Source: Candidatus Latescibacterota bacterium
Lineage (GTDB): Bacteria > Latescibacterota > UBA2968 > UBA8231
Assembly (NCBI GenBank): GCA_965223905.1
Contig: CBDCXV010000002.1
Coordinates: 384,001-448,000 of the forward strand
DNA: 64,000 nt
Reading direction: 5' to 3'
Part shown: positions 37,460 through 47,989 of the stretch, piece by piece
Layout: every line of letters begins with the position of its first letter
Position numbering within the stretch: the stretch's first letter is position 1
Made by a program: the position numbers and the translations under genes
The notes under the pieces: model-generated
Told to the model about the DNA's origin: nothing
Seen by the model: only the letters and a program-made list of their open reading frames with translations
Database searches by the model: none

Positions 37460-39441
37460 GAAGTCACCTCCCGCAGCAATCGCATGATCTTTTCCTCCGC
37501 CTTCTTCAGATCCGCGTCGATCTCCTCCAGCGGTCGTGGCGGTGTGTACTTGTAGAAGTGGCGATTGAAGTTGATCTCGTAGCCGACCTTGTCCTTGCCG
37601 CGGTCCATCCAGGCGTCGGGAACGTGGGGGGCTACCTCCCGTTTGAAGTAGGCGTCGACGTTGTCTTTAAGCGGCACGTTCTCGAAGTCGCGCAGCTTGG
37701 TGTCGGGCTCGCAGCCTTTCTCCCGGCCATCCTTCCTTACCTGCTCGGCCTGCGGATCCTTCTCGGTGAAGACATCCCGGAAGAGATTCTGTTCCGCCTT
37801 CTTCCAGCGCGATTGACGCTTATGCAGAAGAGTCGCAATTCTCCCCCATGCCGCATTCCAGTCGTGCTCCGGCTCTCGCCCCAACTCTTTGTCGATGGCC
37901 TGCACATCGTCGAGCAGGTACGGGCAGGCGTCGAGGAAGCGGGCCTTGTCTTCTATAGTCATCCGGTAGCGCAAGCGCAGGGGTTGCTCCACGGTCACGC
38001 GTGTGTAGCCGAAGTCGTCGTTGTCGAAGACCCTGGAGCGATCTCCGTCCTCAAAGCGGCCGTATAGCCGCACGATCTCCTCGATCTGCTCTGCGGCGAT
38101 GTGGCGGCGCTTGTCGCCAAGGCTGCGCATGTTGTCTTCACCCCCGCCCGCGGTCCACAAGTCGCGGGCGTCGAGGAGCTGAATCTTTCCCATCCTGCGC
38201 TCCTCCTTGCGGTTGGTGACGATCCAGACGTAGGTGCCGATGCCGGTGTTGTAGAACATCTGCTCCGGCAGGGCGATGATGGCTTCGAGCCAGTCGTTCT
38301 CGATGATCCACTTGCGAATGTCGCTCTCGCCGGAGCCCGCGCCTCCGGTGAAGAGCGGCGAGCCGCTGAAAACGATAGCGAGCCGCGAGCCGTGTTTGTG
38401 TTCCCTCGGCCGCACGGGTTCCCGCTTGTGCCACATGTGCTGCAGGAAGAGCAGCGAGCCGTCGTTCACGCGCGGAAGCCCTGCCCCGAAACGGCCCTCT
38501 AATCCGAGCTTGTCGTGTTCGCGCTGGACCTCATTCTTCTGCCTCTTCCAGTCCACGCCGAAGGGGGGATTGGTGAGGAAGTAGTCGAAGGTCTCGCCCT
38601 CGAACCGGTCCTCGGTCAAGCTGTCGCCGAAGCGGATGTTGTCGCCGCCGCCGTTGTGGTCGACCTGCTTCATCAGCATGTCGGAGGCCGCGGTGGCGAA
38701 GGCGCGGTTGTTGTAGTCCTGCCCATAGACGTAGAGCCGTGCCGAACCGTGGTGGTCTCGCAAGTCGTTCTGCGCTCCGGCCAACATGCCGCCCGTTCCG
38801 CATGCAGGGTCGAGGAGCTTGCGCACAGTGCCGGGTGTGGCGAGCAGTTGGTCGTCGTGAATGAAGAGGATGCTCACCATCAACCGGATGACCTCGCGCG
38901 GCGTGAAGTGGTCGCCCGCGGTCTCGTTCGCCAGCTCATTGAAGCGGCGGATGAGATTCTCGAAGAGAAGTCCCATTTGCTCGTTCCGGACCCTGCCGGG
39001 GTGCAGGTCCACATCGCAGAACTTCGAGGCGACGAGGTACAGGATATTGGCTTCGCGCATCTTCTCGATCTCCGTCTCGAACTCGAAGAACTCGAAGATG
39101 TCGCGCACGTTGGCCGAGAAGCCCTGGATATAGCTGACGAGGTGCTGGGCGATGTTGTCCGGATCGCCTTTGAGCTTCTGGAAATCGAGGTCTGAGTGGT
39201 TGTGGAAGCGCTGGCCCGCGGCCCTGTTCAGCCTGGCGTCGAGCGCGTCGCCGTCGAGTCTGCCGCGCCAGCGATCATATTCGGACTGGACCTTCGGCTT
39301 GCTCGGCGCCAGCACGCAGTCGAACCGCCGCAACACGGTCATGGGCAGCATGACGCGCTCGTACTGCGGCGGGCGGTAGGGACCGCGCAGCAGGTCGGCG
39401 ATCTGCCAGATCAGGTTGGCGAAGTAGCTGTGGTCAGGCAT
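37456..39441 (-). CDS. hsdM: Type I R-M methyltransferase subunit
   Basis: GDHFTPREV, DPACGTGGML, NPPFG, FYNTGI.TY. Confidence 0.95.
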   Translation of the reverse strand: MPDHSYFANLIWQIADLLRGPYRPPQYERVMLPMTVLRRFDCVLAPSKPKVQSEYDRWRGRLDGDALDARLNRAAGQRFHNHSDLDFQKLKGDPDNIAQHLVSYIQGFSANVRDIFEFFEFETEIEKMREANILYLVASKFCDVDLHPGRVRNEQMGLLFENLIRRFNELANETAGDHFTPREVIRLMVSILFIHDDQLLATPGTVRKLLDPACGTGGMLAGAQNDLRDHHGSARLYVYGQDYNNRAFATAASDMLMKQVDHNGGGDNIRFGDSLTEDRFEGETFDYFLTNPPFGVDWKRQKNEVQREHDKLGLEGRFGAGLPRVNDGSLLFLQHMWHKREPVRPREHKHGSRLAIVFSGSPLFTGGAGSGESDIRKWIIENDWLEAIIALPEQMFYNTGIGTYVWIVTNRKEERRMGKIQLLDARDLWTAGGGEDNMRSLGDKRRHIAAEQIEEIVRLYGRFEDGDRSRVFDNDDFGYTRVTVEQPLRLRYRMTIEDKARFLDACPYLLDDVQAIDKELGREPEHDWNAAWGRIATLLHKRQSRWKKAEQNLFRDVFTEKDPQAEQVRKDGREKGCEPDTKLRDFENVPLKDNVDAYFKREVAPHVPDAWMDRGKDKVGYEINFNRHFYKYTPPRPLEEIDADLKKAEEKIMRLLREVTS

Positions 39442-39539
39442 GTCATCACCTTCGCGGGCTTACCGCGTCAGGGATCCCAACGAAAAACCGTCAACACTAG
39501 AAATTTACGAAACACCCTAAGCCGCGCCTCCGCCCGCCG

Positions 39540-40592
39540 CTACCCGTAGCGCACCCCGGTCGGAATCACCCCGGCATCCTCCCCCAGCTGCAGGGCCTCG
39601 GCCGCCTCGACCAGGCTCAGCAGGTCGTGCTTCGGCTCGAACCCCAGCAGCCTGTTGATCTTGCCGAGGTCGAGCTCGAAGTAGTTGGGCGTCGGCACCT
39701 TCGCCTCGACGTATTCCATGCCGTAGCGCTCCGCCAGGAAGGGGATCGCCTCCCCCCAGTCGAACAGGACGGCGCCGCCGAGGTTGAAGATCTCGCCGAC
39801 CGCCTCCTCGCGCTCGAGCCCGAGCAGCAGGCCGCCGGCGATGTCGCGGACGTCGGCGAAGGGCTGCTTCTGCGGCACGCCGTTGGGGTTGAGCAGCACG
39901 ACGAGCTTCTCCTCCCCCTGCCACAGGGAGCGGATGCGGTCGTACATCTCGCGCTCTTCCCGGGTTTCCCCCTCTGCCTCCCTGTAGCGCTCGTACAGGT
40001 CGCTGAGGAAGAAGCGGTACGGCCTGCCCTCGACGTCGAGGAACTCGCTCGGCTCGATGATGGAGGCGAAGCGGAAGACGCTGGCCGGTACCCCGTACTG
40101 GCGCTGGTAGCACATCGTCAGCTCCTCCCCGATCCGCTTGGTCATGAAGTAGGGCATGTCGCAGTACTCGGCGGTCATCTCCTCGGTGATGGGCTGCTCG
40201 AAGTAGCGGCCCTGGTAGGGCGTATCCCAGTAGACGGCCTCGGTGCAGGCGTAGGCGAAGCGGTGCAGGCCGGGCAGCTCTTCGCGGATCGCCTCGAGCA
40301 GGTTGAGAGTGCCGTTGGCGTTGATCTCGAGGTATTCGCGGTGGCTGAAGGGGGCGGCGAAGGCCGCGGCGATGTGGTAGACGGCGTCGATTCCCTGCAG
40401 GGCGGCGCGCACGTCGTCGAAGCTGCGCAGGTCGTCGGTGACGCTTTCGACGCGCTCGAAGCCGTCGAGCTTGTGGGCGCGCGAGGCGTCGCCGGGATAG
40501 ACGAAACTGCGCACGTGGTGGCCGGCGTCGAGCAGCGCCAGTACGAGGTTGGCGCCGACCCGGCCGGTGGCGCCGGTTACGAGGATTTTCAC
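39540..40592 (-). CDS. NAD-dependent epimerase/dehydratase
   Basis: GTG start; TGATGRVG and YFMTK motifs. Confidence 0.88.
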   Translation of the reverse strand: MKILVTGATGRVGANLVLALLDAGHHVRSFVYPGDASRAHKLDGFERVESVTDDLRSFDDVRAALQGIDAVYHIAAAFAAPFSHREYLEINANGTLNLLEAIREELPGLHRFAYACTEAVYWDTPYQGRYFEQPITEEMTAEYCDMPYFMTKRIGEELTMCYQRQYGVPASVFRFASIIEPSEFLDVEGRPYRFFLSDLYERYREAEGETREEREMYDRIRSLWQGEEKLVVLLNPNGVPQKQPFADVRDIAGGLLLGLEREEAVGEIFNLGGAVLFDWGEAIPFLAERYGMEYVEAKVPTPNYFELDLGKINRLLGFEPKHDLLSLVEAAEALQLGEDAGVIPTGVRYG

Positions 40593-40830
40593 GGGAAGTC
40601 CTTGGGTGCTGTGCGCCGCAGGTCCGAAGGCGGGCGGGCAGGAAGGGGCGCGGGTGGGAGAAGGCAGGGGAACCAGGGGCCTGGTGATGGCCGGAAATTC
40701 GAGAGGGCCGCAGGGATCTGCGCAATCCCGGGCGGCCTGTCGCGGCCGGTGTGGATGCGCCTGCCGGTGGAGATGCGGCCGTCCGCGGCAACACCGGGCA
40801 TGCCGGTGCGGACAGAACGAAGGGCCGCGG

Positions 40831-41628
40831 CTAGTGGCCGCGATGCGCGTACGCATCCGGGTCGCGGTCGACCTCGGCGACCAGGGCCTCGATGAAGTCG
40901 CCGATGGGAAACAGCCGGCAGTAGGAGTCGCCGGCGCGCCCGCGCCGCAGGCGGCCCTGGCGGTCCCACCAGGCCCCGAGGATCTCGCGGTCTATGCCCG
41001 GGTAGGCCGCCTCCGGGTCCTCCTCGAGCATCCGGTTCCAGCGTATGACCTCGACGAGGTGGATGTAGGTCACGGTGTCGTAGGTGGTCCCGAGCATCAG
41101 CAGCTTGCCGCCGCGCTCGTACGCCCGGTTCATCGGCGAGTGGGTGCCGTAGGTGCGGCCCCACGGCGGGTAATCCCAGATCGACACGAGCCCCTCGTTC
41201 TCGAGGTGACCGGCGACGAACGCCTCGGCCTCCTTGCCGCGGGCGGCGACCGCGTGCGAGTAGTGGTCGGAGCGGAAGGTGCCGGGCATGAGCCGGAAGT
41301 ACTCGGTCAGCCAGCCGACCGTGGACGGGGTGGTCGCGTGGTCCCAGAGCTCGGCTCGGCCCTGGCGCAGCCGGTAGCGCTCGGAAAGCCAGGGATCGGC
41401 GGAGATTTCCGGAGGCGCCGGCTGCGACGGTTCGCGCCAGATCAGGTGGAACGACGGCATGAGGATGAGCCCCTCGGGGCCGACCGCGTCCTCAAGGGCG
41501 GCAACCACAGTGCGGGCGTTCCCCTTGACCGGCCCGAGGCTCTTGAAGGAGGAGTGGACGAACAGGATGTCCCCGGGCTCCACTCCGAGAGCGGTGAAGT
41601 CTCCGGCCAGCCGCTGCCGCGTGTACAT
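40831..41628 (-). CDS. AAC(3) / aminoglycoside 3-N-acetyltransferase-like protein
   Basis: VHSSFKSLG, G.L.EYFR, RS.H and T.IHL.E motifs. Confidence 0.85.
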   Translation of the reverse strand: MYTRQRLAGDFTALGVEPGDILFVHSSFKSLGPVKGNARTVVAALEDAVGPEGLILMPSFHLIWREPSQPAPPEISADPWLSERYRLRQGRAELWDHATTPSTVGWLTEYFRLMPGTFRSDHYSHAVAARGKEAEAFVAGHLENEGLVSIWDYPPWGRTYGTHSPMNRAYERGGKLLMLGTTYDTVTYIHLVEVIRWNRMLEEDPEAAYPGIDREILGAWWDRQGRLRRGRAGDSYCRLFPIGDFIEALVAEVDRDPDAYAHRGH

Positions 41629-41637
41629 GGCCCCTCT

Positions 41638-42612
41638 CTACGACCCTCCGACCACGAGGGCCTGCGGCTCTTCGCCGCGGGCGAAACGGGCGAGGTTCTC
41701 GGCGGCGAAGGCGGCGCGCTTGCGGGAGGTGCCGTCGGTGCCGCCGGCGGTGTGCGGCAGGACGACGACGTTGGGCAGCTGGAACACCGGCAGCGTCGGG
41801 TCCGGGGGTTCCTGGGCAAAGGCGTCGAGACCGGCGCCGCCGATGCGTCCCTCCATCAGGGCCGCGTAGAGCGCCTCCTCGTCGGCGAGGCCGCCGCGGC
41901 AGACGTTGATGTAGCAGGCGGTCGCCTTCATCAGCCCGATGCGGCGCGCGTCGATGATGTGCTGGGTCTCGTCGTTCAGATGCAGGTGGCAGGACAGGAA
42001 GTCGCAGCGCCCTACCACGGCGTCGAGATCCTCCGGGGACCCGAGGAAGTCGGGCCGGATCTCGTCGAGGATCTCCGCGTCGATCTCGCGCACGTCGATC
42101 GCCTCGATGCGCATGCCGAACGGCCGGGCCCGGCGCGCCAGCTCGGTGCCGCTGGCCCCGAGTCCGACGATGCCGAGGGTCATGCCGACCAGCTCCCTTC
42201 CGCGCGGCATGAAGAACGGCCCCTGCGAGAAGTTTACCTGGGCCTCGCGGTAGCGGCCGGCCAGCATCAGGATGAACATCATGGCGTTCTGGGCCAGGGC
42301 CACGGCGCTGAGATAGCCCGGGGCGTGGGCCGTCATCAACCCCTTTGCGCGCAGGTACTCGATGTCGATATGGTCGAGCCCGTTCGTCTGCAGCTGCAGG
42401 AAGCGGACCCCGGCTGCGACCGCGGCGTCGATCACCTCCCGGCTCGGACCGGACCCCTGGTCGACCATCGCCTCGATGCCGGCGAACTGCGGCGGCAGCG
42501 GGGCCTCCCTGTCGAGGCGGCGCACCTCGAAGCGCTCCTCGAGCGCCTGAAGGAGGTCGGCCGACCACTCGGACAGCTCGGGCATTTCGTGCGGAAGGAA
42601 AATTACTTTCAT
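41638..42612 (-). CDS. D-isomer-specific 2-hydroxyacid dehydrogenase
   Basis: GIVGLGASG, IN..RG, GAGLD.F..EP, PHTAG. Confidence 0.9.
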   Translation of the reverse strand: MKVIFLPHEMPELSEWSADLLQALEERFEVRRLDREAPLPPQFAGIEAMVDQGSGPSREVIDAAVAAGVRFLQLQTNGLDHIDIEYLRAKGLMTAHAPGYLSAVALAQNAMMFILMLAGRYREAQVNFSQGPFFMPRGRELVGMTLGIVGLGASGTELARRARPFGMRIEAIDVREIDAEILDEIRPDFLGSPEDLDAVVGRCDFLSCHLHLNDETQHIIDARRIGLMKATACYINVCRGGLADEEALYAALMEGRIGGAGLDAFAQEPPDPTLPVFQLPNVVVLPHTAGGTDGTSRKRAAFAAENLARFARGEEPQALVVGGS

Positions 42613-42716
42613 ATCTTTTTTTCTTTAGTGGTTTCAGAGGGAAAACAGCCTATATAAAAATCTATATAAACCTTTATGTAGTTTCCAAATTGCTAATGTT
42701 TTCCGGAAGCGGAAAA

Positions 42717-43088
42717 ATGAAAGATATAGTAGCGAAAAGTCGCGAGATATCCCCCACGGTTTCCCGCTTGGTTGCAGCCAGTATATCGGAAAGCACCAAA
42801 CGGAAGTACGAAAATGCTTTGAAAAGGCTGGATTCGGATCTACCCGAGATCACGGATTTCACGCTTGCCCACTACCTCGCCGAGCGGTTCGATAAAGGTC
42901 TCTCCCCCCCCCGAACGCTCGTTACTACTGTCAACGCGGTCAAATTGCGCTCCAAACTGACGGGGGAACCTTCCCCTATCGGCCCCCTTACTGAGCGAAT
43001 CCTTGTAGGTATGCGCAGGGAATGGCGGGGAAGAGGAACCGGCAAGCGCTACGCAAAGCCAGGGTATGCCAGCACTACGAAGACGTGA
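42717..43088 (+). pseudogene. Truncated tyrosine recombinase (N-terminal SAM-like domain only)
   Basis: S.ST.R.Y..A, LA.YLA..F..GLSP, L.G.RRE..GRG; no catalytic domain. Confidence 0.55.
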
Positions 43089-43380
43089 TACCCGTACGGG
43101 AAAGGGTATGGACCCTGAAAAGCACGGGACACCGATACGCCTACTATCACCTATCTTGCCGGAAGGAGTTTACGGAATGACAATCGCCGAACAGAGGCGG
43201 GAAGCTCAGAGAATGATTGAAATCGAGGCACTTTTCGAGTATGAGACCTTCAAAGACAAGGGGAGAGACTTCCTAACCGCCCTTGAGAAGGTTCCGTATA
43301 TTGGGCTGATTTTCTGCCCGAATTGGTCAAAATCAGCATACGCAGCCGGGAAGCGGCTTCCCGGTGTCTGCAAGAGGTGA
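43066..43380 (+). CDS. Hypothetical protein
   Basis: ORF in low-GC islet; start uncertain. Confidence 0.3.
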   Translation: MPALRRRDTRTGKGMDPEKHGTPIRLLSPILPEGVYGMTIAEQRREAQRMIEIEALFEYETFKDKGRDFLTALEKVPYIGLIFCPNWSKSAYAAGKRLPGVCKR

Positions 43381-43510
43381 ATTGATCCGGTTTCTCTTCA
43401 AGCTCGCTCTGGCTGTTGCTGTTGGTGCCATCCTCGGGATTCTGGCACTGGCTGCCGCCTTCGTATTCTTCGTTATTGCCGTCTGGATTCGGCACCTACC
43501 AGCCCCCATC

Positions 43511-43927
43511 TCATTTCTCTGCGGTGGTTATTTTTGGATCTCTTTTCATCACAAAGAAGGAAATGCAGGTCCACAGTGGTATTACTGACCAAGTAAGAGG
43601 TTCCTCAACAAAAGGGGCACCTCCTACACGCATATACACCCAAAGGGGCCAGATTACAGATGGGGATATAGCAATGTACTCAAGGCAAGTTCGTAGGGTT
43701 GACGCTTTTTTTGAACCGAGTTTGGTTTTCTTTGCTGATATGTAGGCTATGGTGCCCAAAATCAGGGAGAATCCGGCAAACGGATTTCCGGAGGGATTCT
43801 TTCCCATACCCAGGCTACCCATCGACGACAGAAATAGTAATCCACCCAAGGCTATTGCTACAGCTGAAAGCCAATAGTTCTTTTTTATTTGCATGATTCT
43901 CCGGTGATTTCCAGAGCCGGTTTCCAA
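43511..43927 (-). CDS. Hypothetical membrane protein
   Basis: About 4 hydrophobic segments; start may lie further downstream. Confidence 0.5.
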   Translation of the reverse strand: METGSGNHRRIMQIKKNYWLSAVAIALGGLLFLSSMGSLGMGKNPSGNPFAGFSLILGTIAYISAKKTKLGSKKASTLRTCLEYIAISPSVIWPLWVYMRVGGAPFVEEPLTWSVIPLWTCISFFVMKRDPKITTAEK

Positions 43928-43942
43928 AAAGGTAGGGCAGAA

Positions 43943-43979
43943 AAAGCCCCCCGGGAATCGAGATGATTCCGGGGGCTTT
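43943..43979 (-). terminator. Rho-independent terminator
   Basis: AAAGCCCCC / GGGGGCTTT stem with T-run on the minus strand. Confidence 0.6.
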
Positions 43980-43997
43980 GGTAATCTGGATGCTCCT

Positions 43998-44465
43998 TCA
44001 TTCCAAGTCTGTTGATCTCTGCCATCCCCAGTTTCTCATTGTTTCCTCTAAGGGGATTTTCGTCTCCTCTTCGAGCAATGCACGCAAAGGGCTGCGATAG
44101 CCTTCTTCCCACGAACTGAAAATTTCCGTCAACATCGGTTCAAGAACAGCTGCCATTGTCATATGCCAATGGCAGCGCGGACAGGCAACATGCTGCTTAT
44201 GGAGATCGGCAATAAATCCACTTGCCGTTGGAAGGGATACCTTGCCCTCGCCAAGTACAATTTCATGCAACTTGGAATCCGCTCTTCCTTCCTCTATGGC
44301 ACAATCCAAGCAAGTGAACATTTCATCGAGTTGACGAGATTGATTGTTGTTTTCTCGATCTTCAGGTTCTACAAAGCTGTCGCGATCAACTAATTGCATT
44401 TGAGAAATCCTCCTTTTGGGTTTGGGAATTTGGGGGGAACCTCGCAATTCCTCAAGTTTCCGCAA
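43998..44465 (-). CDS. Hypothetical protein with two CxxC motifs
   Basis: CLDC and CPRC; followed by a terminator. Confidence 0.45.
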   Translation of the reverse strand: MRKLEELRGSPQIPKPKRRISQMQLVDRDSFVEPEDRENNNQSRQLDEMFTCLDCAIEEGRADSKLHEIVLGEGKVSLPTASGFIADLHKQHVACPRCHWHMTMAAVLEPMLTEIFSSWEEGYRSPLRALLEEETKIPLEETMRNWGWQRSTDLE

Positions 44466-44630
44466 TTCTCAGCGGGTGGCGCTATCTGTCAGATAAGGGC
44501 CTCCCGAAATGAAGGTATTCATATAAGCACCATAAGCACCCAAGATATACATATGATCCCCAATATAGATAAATTCAGGAAAAACAATAATTTAGCAATT
44601 CGTGCGGAATAAACAGTACTTCTGGCTTGC

Positions 44631-45587
44631 TCATCGGTATCCTTCAGGTGAGGTGAATCGCTGCAGATCCTCGTCGCTCGCCGCGGGCCGGTCGTCCCAT
44701 TCCCCCATGGCGAAACCGCGTTCGTCCGCCGGCGTCGCCAGGTGGCGGTAGCGCGCCCCGCGCGTCCACACCTGCTTGCCCTCGAACAGGACCTTGAGCT
44801 GTTCGGGAATGCGCTCCCGGAACCCGGGGCTGAGCTCGCCGAAATCCCAGTAGGGAAACATCGTCGAGCCGTACCCGGTGATGATGATGATGCGTTCGCG
44901 GTCGGAGCGGATCGGCCCGGTGGCGTGCGCCAGGGTTTCGCAGAACAGCAGCGTCGACCCGGCCGGGGCGACCACTTGGTGAACGAGCGACCGGTCCTCT
45001 TCGGCCAGGGCGATCAGCTCGTTCGCAGGGGCGTCGATCTTGTGGCTGCCGGCGATGACCGCGGTGCCGCCGTCGTCCGGTCCGAGGTCGGTGAGGTTGG
45101 TCAGCGTCTTGACGAAGTTGCAGTGGAAGAGCCCGTCGTGGGTGTGGCCGGCGTAGGGGACGTCGGTGCCGCGGTGAAAGCCGGTCAGCTTCTCCTCCCA
45201 GGTGTTGTCCGGGTCGCGGGAGTTGATGTGGGCGTTCATCTCGACGATGCGCGCCTCGCTGCCCATCAGCTCCTCGGCGAGGGAGACCATGTACGGGTGG
45301 GTGGCGTAGGCGGTGATCGCCGGGTCGGACTCCCAGATGTTGACGGCGAACCTGTGGCACGGCTTGTCCATCCCGAGGAAAGCCCCGCGCACCCGGGGGC
45401 CGTTCGGGCCGCGGTCCTCGAGGGCGGCCAGCTCGTCGAACAGGCGGTACAGGGCCTCCTTCAGGCGCTCGACCTCGCCGCCGCTGAGGGCGTTCTCCAG
45501 GACGACGTACCCGTACACCTCGAGGCGGTAGCGCTGCGCCGGGGTCAGCGGCGGAAACGGACGCCGGAAGGTCGCTGCGGCGGACAT
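44631..45587 (-). CDS. Phytanoyl-CoA dioxygenase family protein
   Basis: GYVV..NAL, FHRG, GGT..IAGSH, AGS.L.F....H, R. Confidence 0.88.
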   Translation of the reverse strand: MSAAATFRRPFPPLTPAQRYRLEVYGYVVLENALSGGEVERLKEALYRLFDELAALEDRGPNGPRVRGAFLGMDKPCHRFAVNIWESDPAITAYATHPYMVSLAEELMGSEARIVEMNAHINSRDPDNTWEEKLTGFHRGTDVPYAGHTHDGLFHCNFVKTLTNLTDLGPDDGGTAVIAGSHKIDAPANELIALAEEDRSLVHQVVAPAGSTLLFCETLAHATGPIRSDRERIIIITGYGSTMFPYWDFGELSPGFRERIPEQLKVLFEGKQVWTRGARYRHLATPADERGFAMGEWDDRPAASDEDLQRFTSPEGYR

Positions 45588-45590
45588 CGG

Positions 45591-46337
45591 CTAGGCGGCT
45601 CCTTTCAGGTAGGCCTTGCGCCGGCGCTCGGGGAAGCGCTCGATGGCGTAGCGGAGCATGGTGCGGGGCATGCGCCCGTACCGGTCCTGCAGGAACGCCT
45701 CCTCGCGTTGGAGGTCGCGCTTGCCCACCTCCCGCAGCATCCAGCCGACCGCCTTGTGAATGAGGTCCTCCCGGTCGTCGAGGATGCGGTCCGCTATCCG
45801 CAAGGTGTCGTCGAACTCCTCCCGCTGGATGAAGAAGAAGGTGGCGATGACGGCGATCCGCCGTTCCCAGAGGCTTTTCGAGCGGGCCAGGCGGTCGAGG
45901 GGGCGGCGGCTGCGGTTTTCCAGGTGGGGCCCGACGATCTTGTGGGCCGAGGCATCGACCAGGTCCCAGTTGTTGATGAAGGCGGTGTGGCCGAGGTAGG
46001 CGTCGTAGATCCGCTTGCGCTCCGCAGCGTCCCCGCGCTTGTACTGATCGCAGAGGATGAGCAGGGCGAGCAGCCGCTCCTCGTGAATTTCGGAGCGGAG
46101 CAGCGACAGCACCCCGGCGTGCGGAAGGGCGCGGTATTGTTTTGCGACCCCGCGGATCGCAGGCACCCGGACGCCGATGAAGCGGTCTCCTTCCGCGTAC
46201 TCACCCGGTCCGGTCTTGAAGAAGCGCTGCGAGTGCGCGGCGATCCCGTCGTCGGCCAGGGCCTTCAGGTCGCGGCGGGCCTGTGATGTCGTCGGTTGGG
46301 AGTGCATCTCGGAGTCGGCGGCGAAATTGGCGCCCAC
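45591..46337 (-). CDS. DNA alkylation repair protein (AlkD-like HEAT repeat)
   Basis: FFKTGPGEY, NNWDLVD, KAVGWMLRE, PRTMLRYAIE. Confidence 0.9.
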   Translation of the reverse strand: MGANFAADSEMHSQPTTSQARRDLKALADDGIAAHSQRFFKTGPGEYAEGDRFIGVRVPAIRGVAKQYRALPHAGVLSLLRSEIHEERLLALLILCDQYKRGDAAERKRIYDAYLGHTAFINNWDLVDASAHKIVGPHLENRSRRPLDRLARSKSLWERRIAVIATFFFIQREEFDDTLRIADRILDDREDLIHKAVGWMLREVGKRDLQREEAFLQDRYGRMPRTMLRYAIERFPERRRKAYLKGAA

Positions 46338-46609
46338 TTCCGGGGCGTGTCAACAGCCCGGCGCCGGCGGGTGGGCGGGGATGATTCGAAGGTGAGGCCG
46401 GAGGGACGCCAGGGAATGGAACGAAGCGGGGGAGGGCTCGAAGGGAAGGTTCGTCCATTCGGGAACAATCAAGGTGAAATAGCACCCGTCCGCACCCCTG
46501 ATGGGATTAAAGCTTTGGTATAACCACTTCGCGTTTCACGACGGTTTGACCTTGTCAAAGGCAGCCCCCAGAATTGCCGGACCGACTGCGGTTTCGAAAG
46601 CGACGAACA

Positions 46610-47132
46610 GTGAAGCTGACGACTGAACAGCTGCGCTTCTTCAAGCGCGAGGGCTACCTGATCCTGCGCGGCGTCATGGCCGCGGCATCTACTGCACAAT
46701 GCCGTACGGGGACCGGCCGCGGCCGGGCAACGGCTGCCACTGCGACGGGCACCCGTTCCACCTCGGGGTGGTCGGGTACATCGACGACGTCGAGCCTGAC
46801 GGCGGCGCCTTCTGCGTCTGGCCCGGGAGCCACCGCGAGTTCTTCCACACCTTCACCACCGGGTACATGCCGGACAAGACCGGCGAGTACGAGCCGCTGC
46901 GCGAACGCCTGAACCGGCAGCCCCCCGTCGACTGCCACGGGTCGGCCGGCGACGTCCTGTTCTGGCACCACCGCCTCGGGCACATGGCCGGCCACAACTA
47001 CTCGGGCCGCATCCGCCAGGCCGTGCTCTACGATTTTCCGGCGCACCGATCTCGAGGAGATTTCAGAGGTTGCCGCCCCCGCGGGACATGTGGCGGGACT
47101 GGTCGGAGGAACTGAGGGAAGTAGAGCTGTAG
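46610..47132 (+). pseudogene. Decayed PhyH-family gene
   Basis: LTTEQLRFFKREGYL start, internal deletion/frameshift, HCD and WPGSH motifs, further 3' frameshifts. Confidence 0.7.
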
Positions 47133-47173
47133 GTGGGGTTCTTCGGTCGGCGCGACCCGGAGACCCTCGCGAC

Positions 47174-47929
47174 CTACTTCACCCAGAATCCTCCGTCGAC
47201 CCGCAGGGTGGCCGCGGTGATGTAGTCGGCCGCGTCCGATGAGAGGAAGGCCGCGGCCTTGCCGAGATCCTCTATGGTGCCCAGGCGCCCCCACGGCAGC
47301 TCCCGCCCTCCTTCCCGCAGCTCATCCTCCGTGGCGAACTGGCGTTCCCCCGGGGTGTCCGTCCAACCCGGCTCGATGACGTTGACGCGGATGCGGTGGG
47401 GGGCCAGCTCCTTGGCGATGGTGGCGGCCATGTGGTTGACCCCGGCCTTGGCGGTGTTGTACGGCACCGAGGTCTCCATCGGGATGAAGGAGAGCACCGA
47501 GCTGATGAAGAGAATGTGCCCTCCCTCGGCCTGCTCGACCATGCGGCGCGCCGCGTGCTGCGCGGTGTGGAACGACCCCCACAGCGTCACCTCCAGGGTG
47601 CGCCGCATCGCCTCGAGCGATAGCTCGAGAAACGGCTCCCGCTTGGAGTAGTAGGAGTTGCAGACCACCGTGTCGAGGCGGCCGAGCTCGTCGATGGCCC
47701 CGTTGATCATGCCCTCGACCGCGCCGCGGTCAGACACGTCGGCCTGGAACAGGGCGACGCGCCTTCCCAAGGCCGTCACCTCCGCGGCGACCGCCTCCGC
47801 GTCGTCGGCATGGGTGTGGTAGTTGATGGCGACGTCGGCGCCGCAACGGGCCATCTCGACGGCGCAGCCGCGGCCGATGCCGCGGGATGAACCGGTAATG
47901 AGGGCGACTTTTCCGCTGAGATCGATGAT
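47174..47929 (-). CDS. SDR family oxidoreductase (apparent ATC start)
   Basis: IDLSGKVALITGSSRGIG upstream of the called ATG; YNTAK and VDGG motifs. Confidence 0.85.
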   Translation of the reverse strand: MIDLSGKVALITGSSRGIGRGCAVEMARCGADVAINYHTHADDAEAVAAEVTALGRRVALFQADVSDRGAVEGMINGAIDELGRLDTVVCNSYYSKREPFLELSLEAMRRTLEVTLWGSFHTAQHAARRMVEQAEGGHILFISSVLSFIPMETSVPYNTAKAGVNHMAATIAKELAPHRIRVNVIEPGWTDTPGERQFATEDELREGGRELPWGRLGTIEDLGKAAAFLSSDAADYITAATLRVDGGFWVK

Positions 47930-47989
47930 GGCTCTGTCTCCTGTCTGCGGCGGGCGGATATGGAACTCACCGCGGTGCTGATCACCAAA

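Noticed and set aside
16405-39530. att sites or integrase delimiting the whole R-M island
   Set aside because: No direct repeat, tRNA or intact integrase seen at either boundary
40831-41628. Acquired aminoglycoside resistance gene
   Set aside because: Host-like codon usage within a metabolic operon; the AAC(3) fold alone does not show resistance
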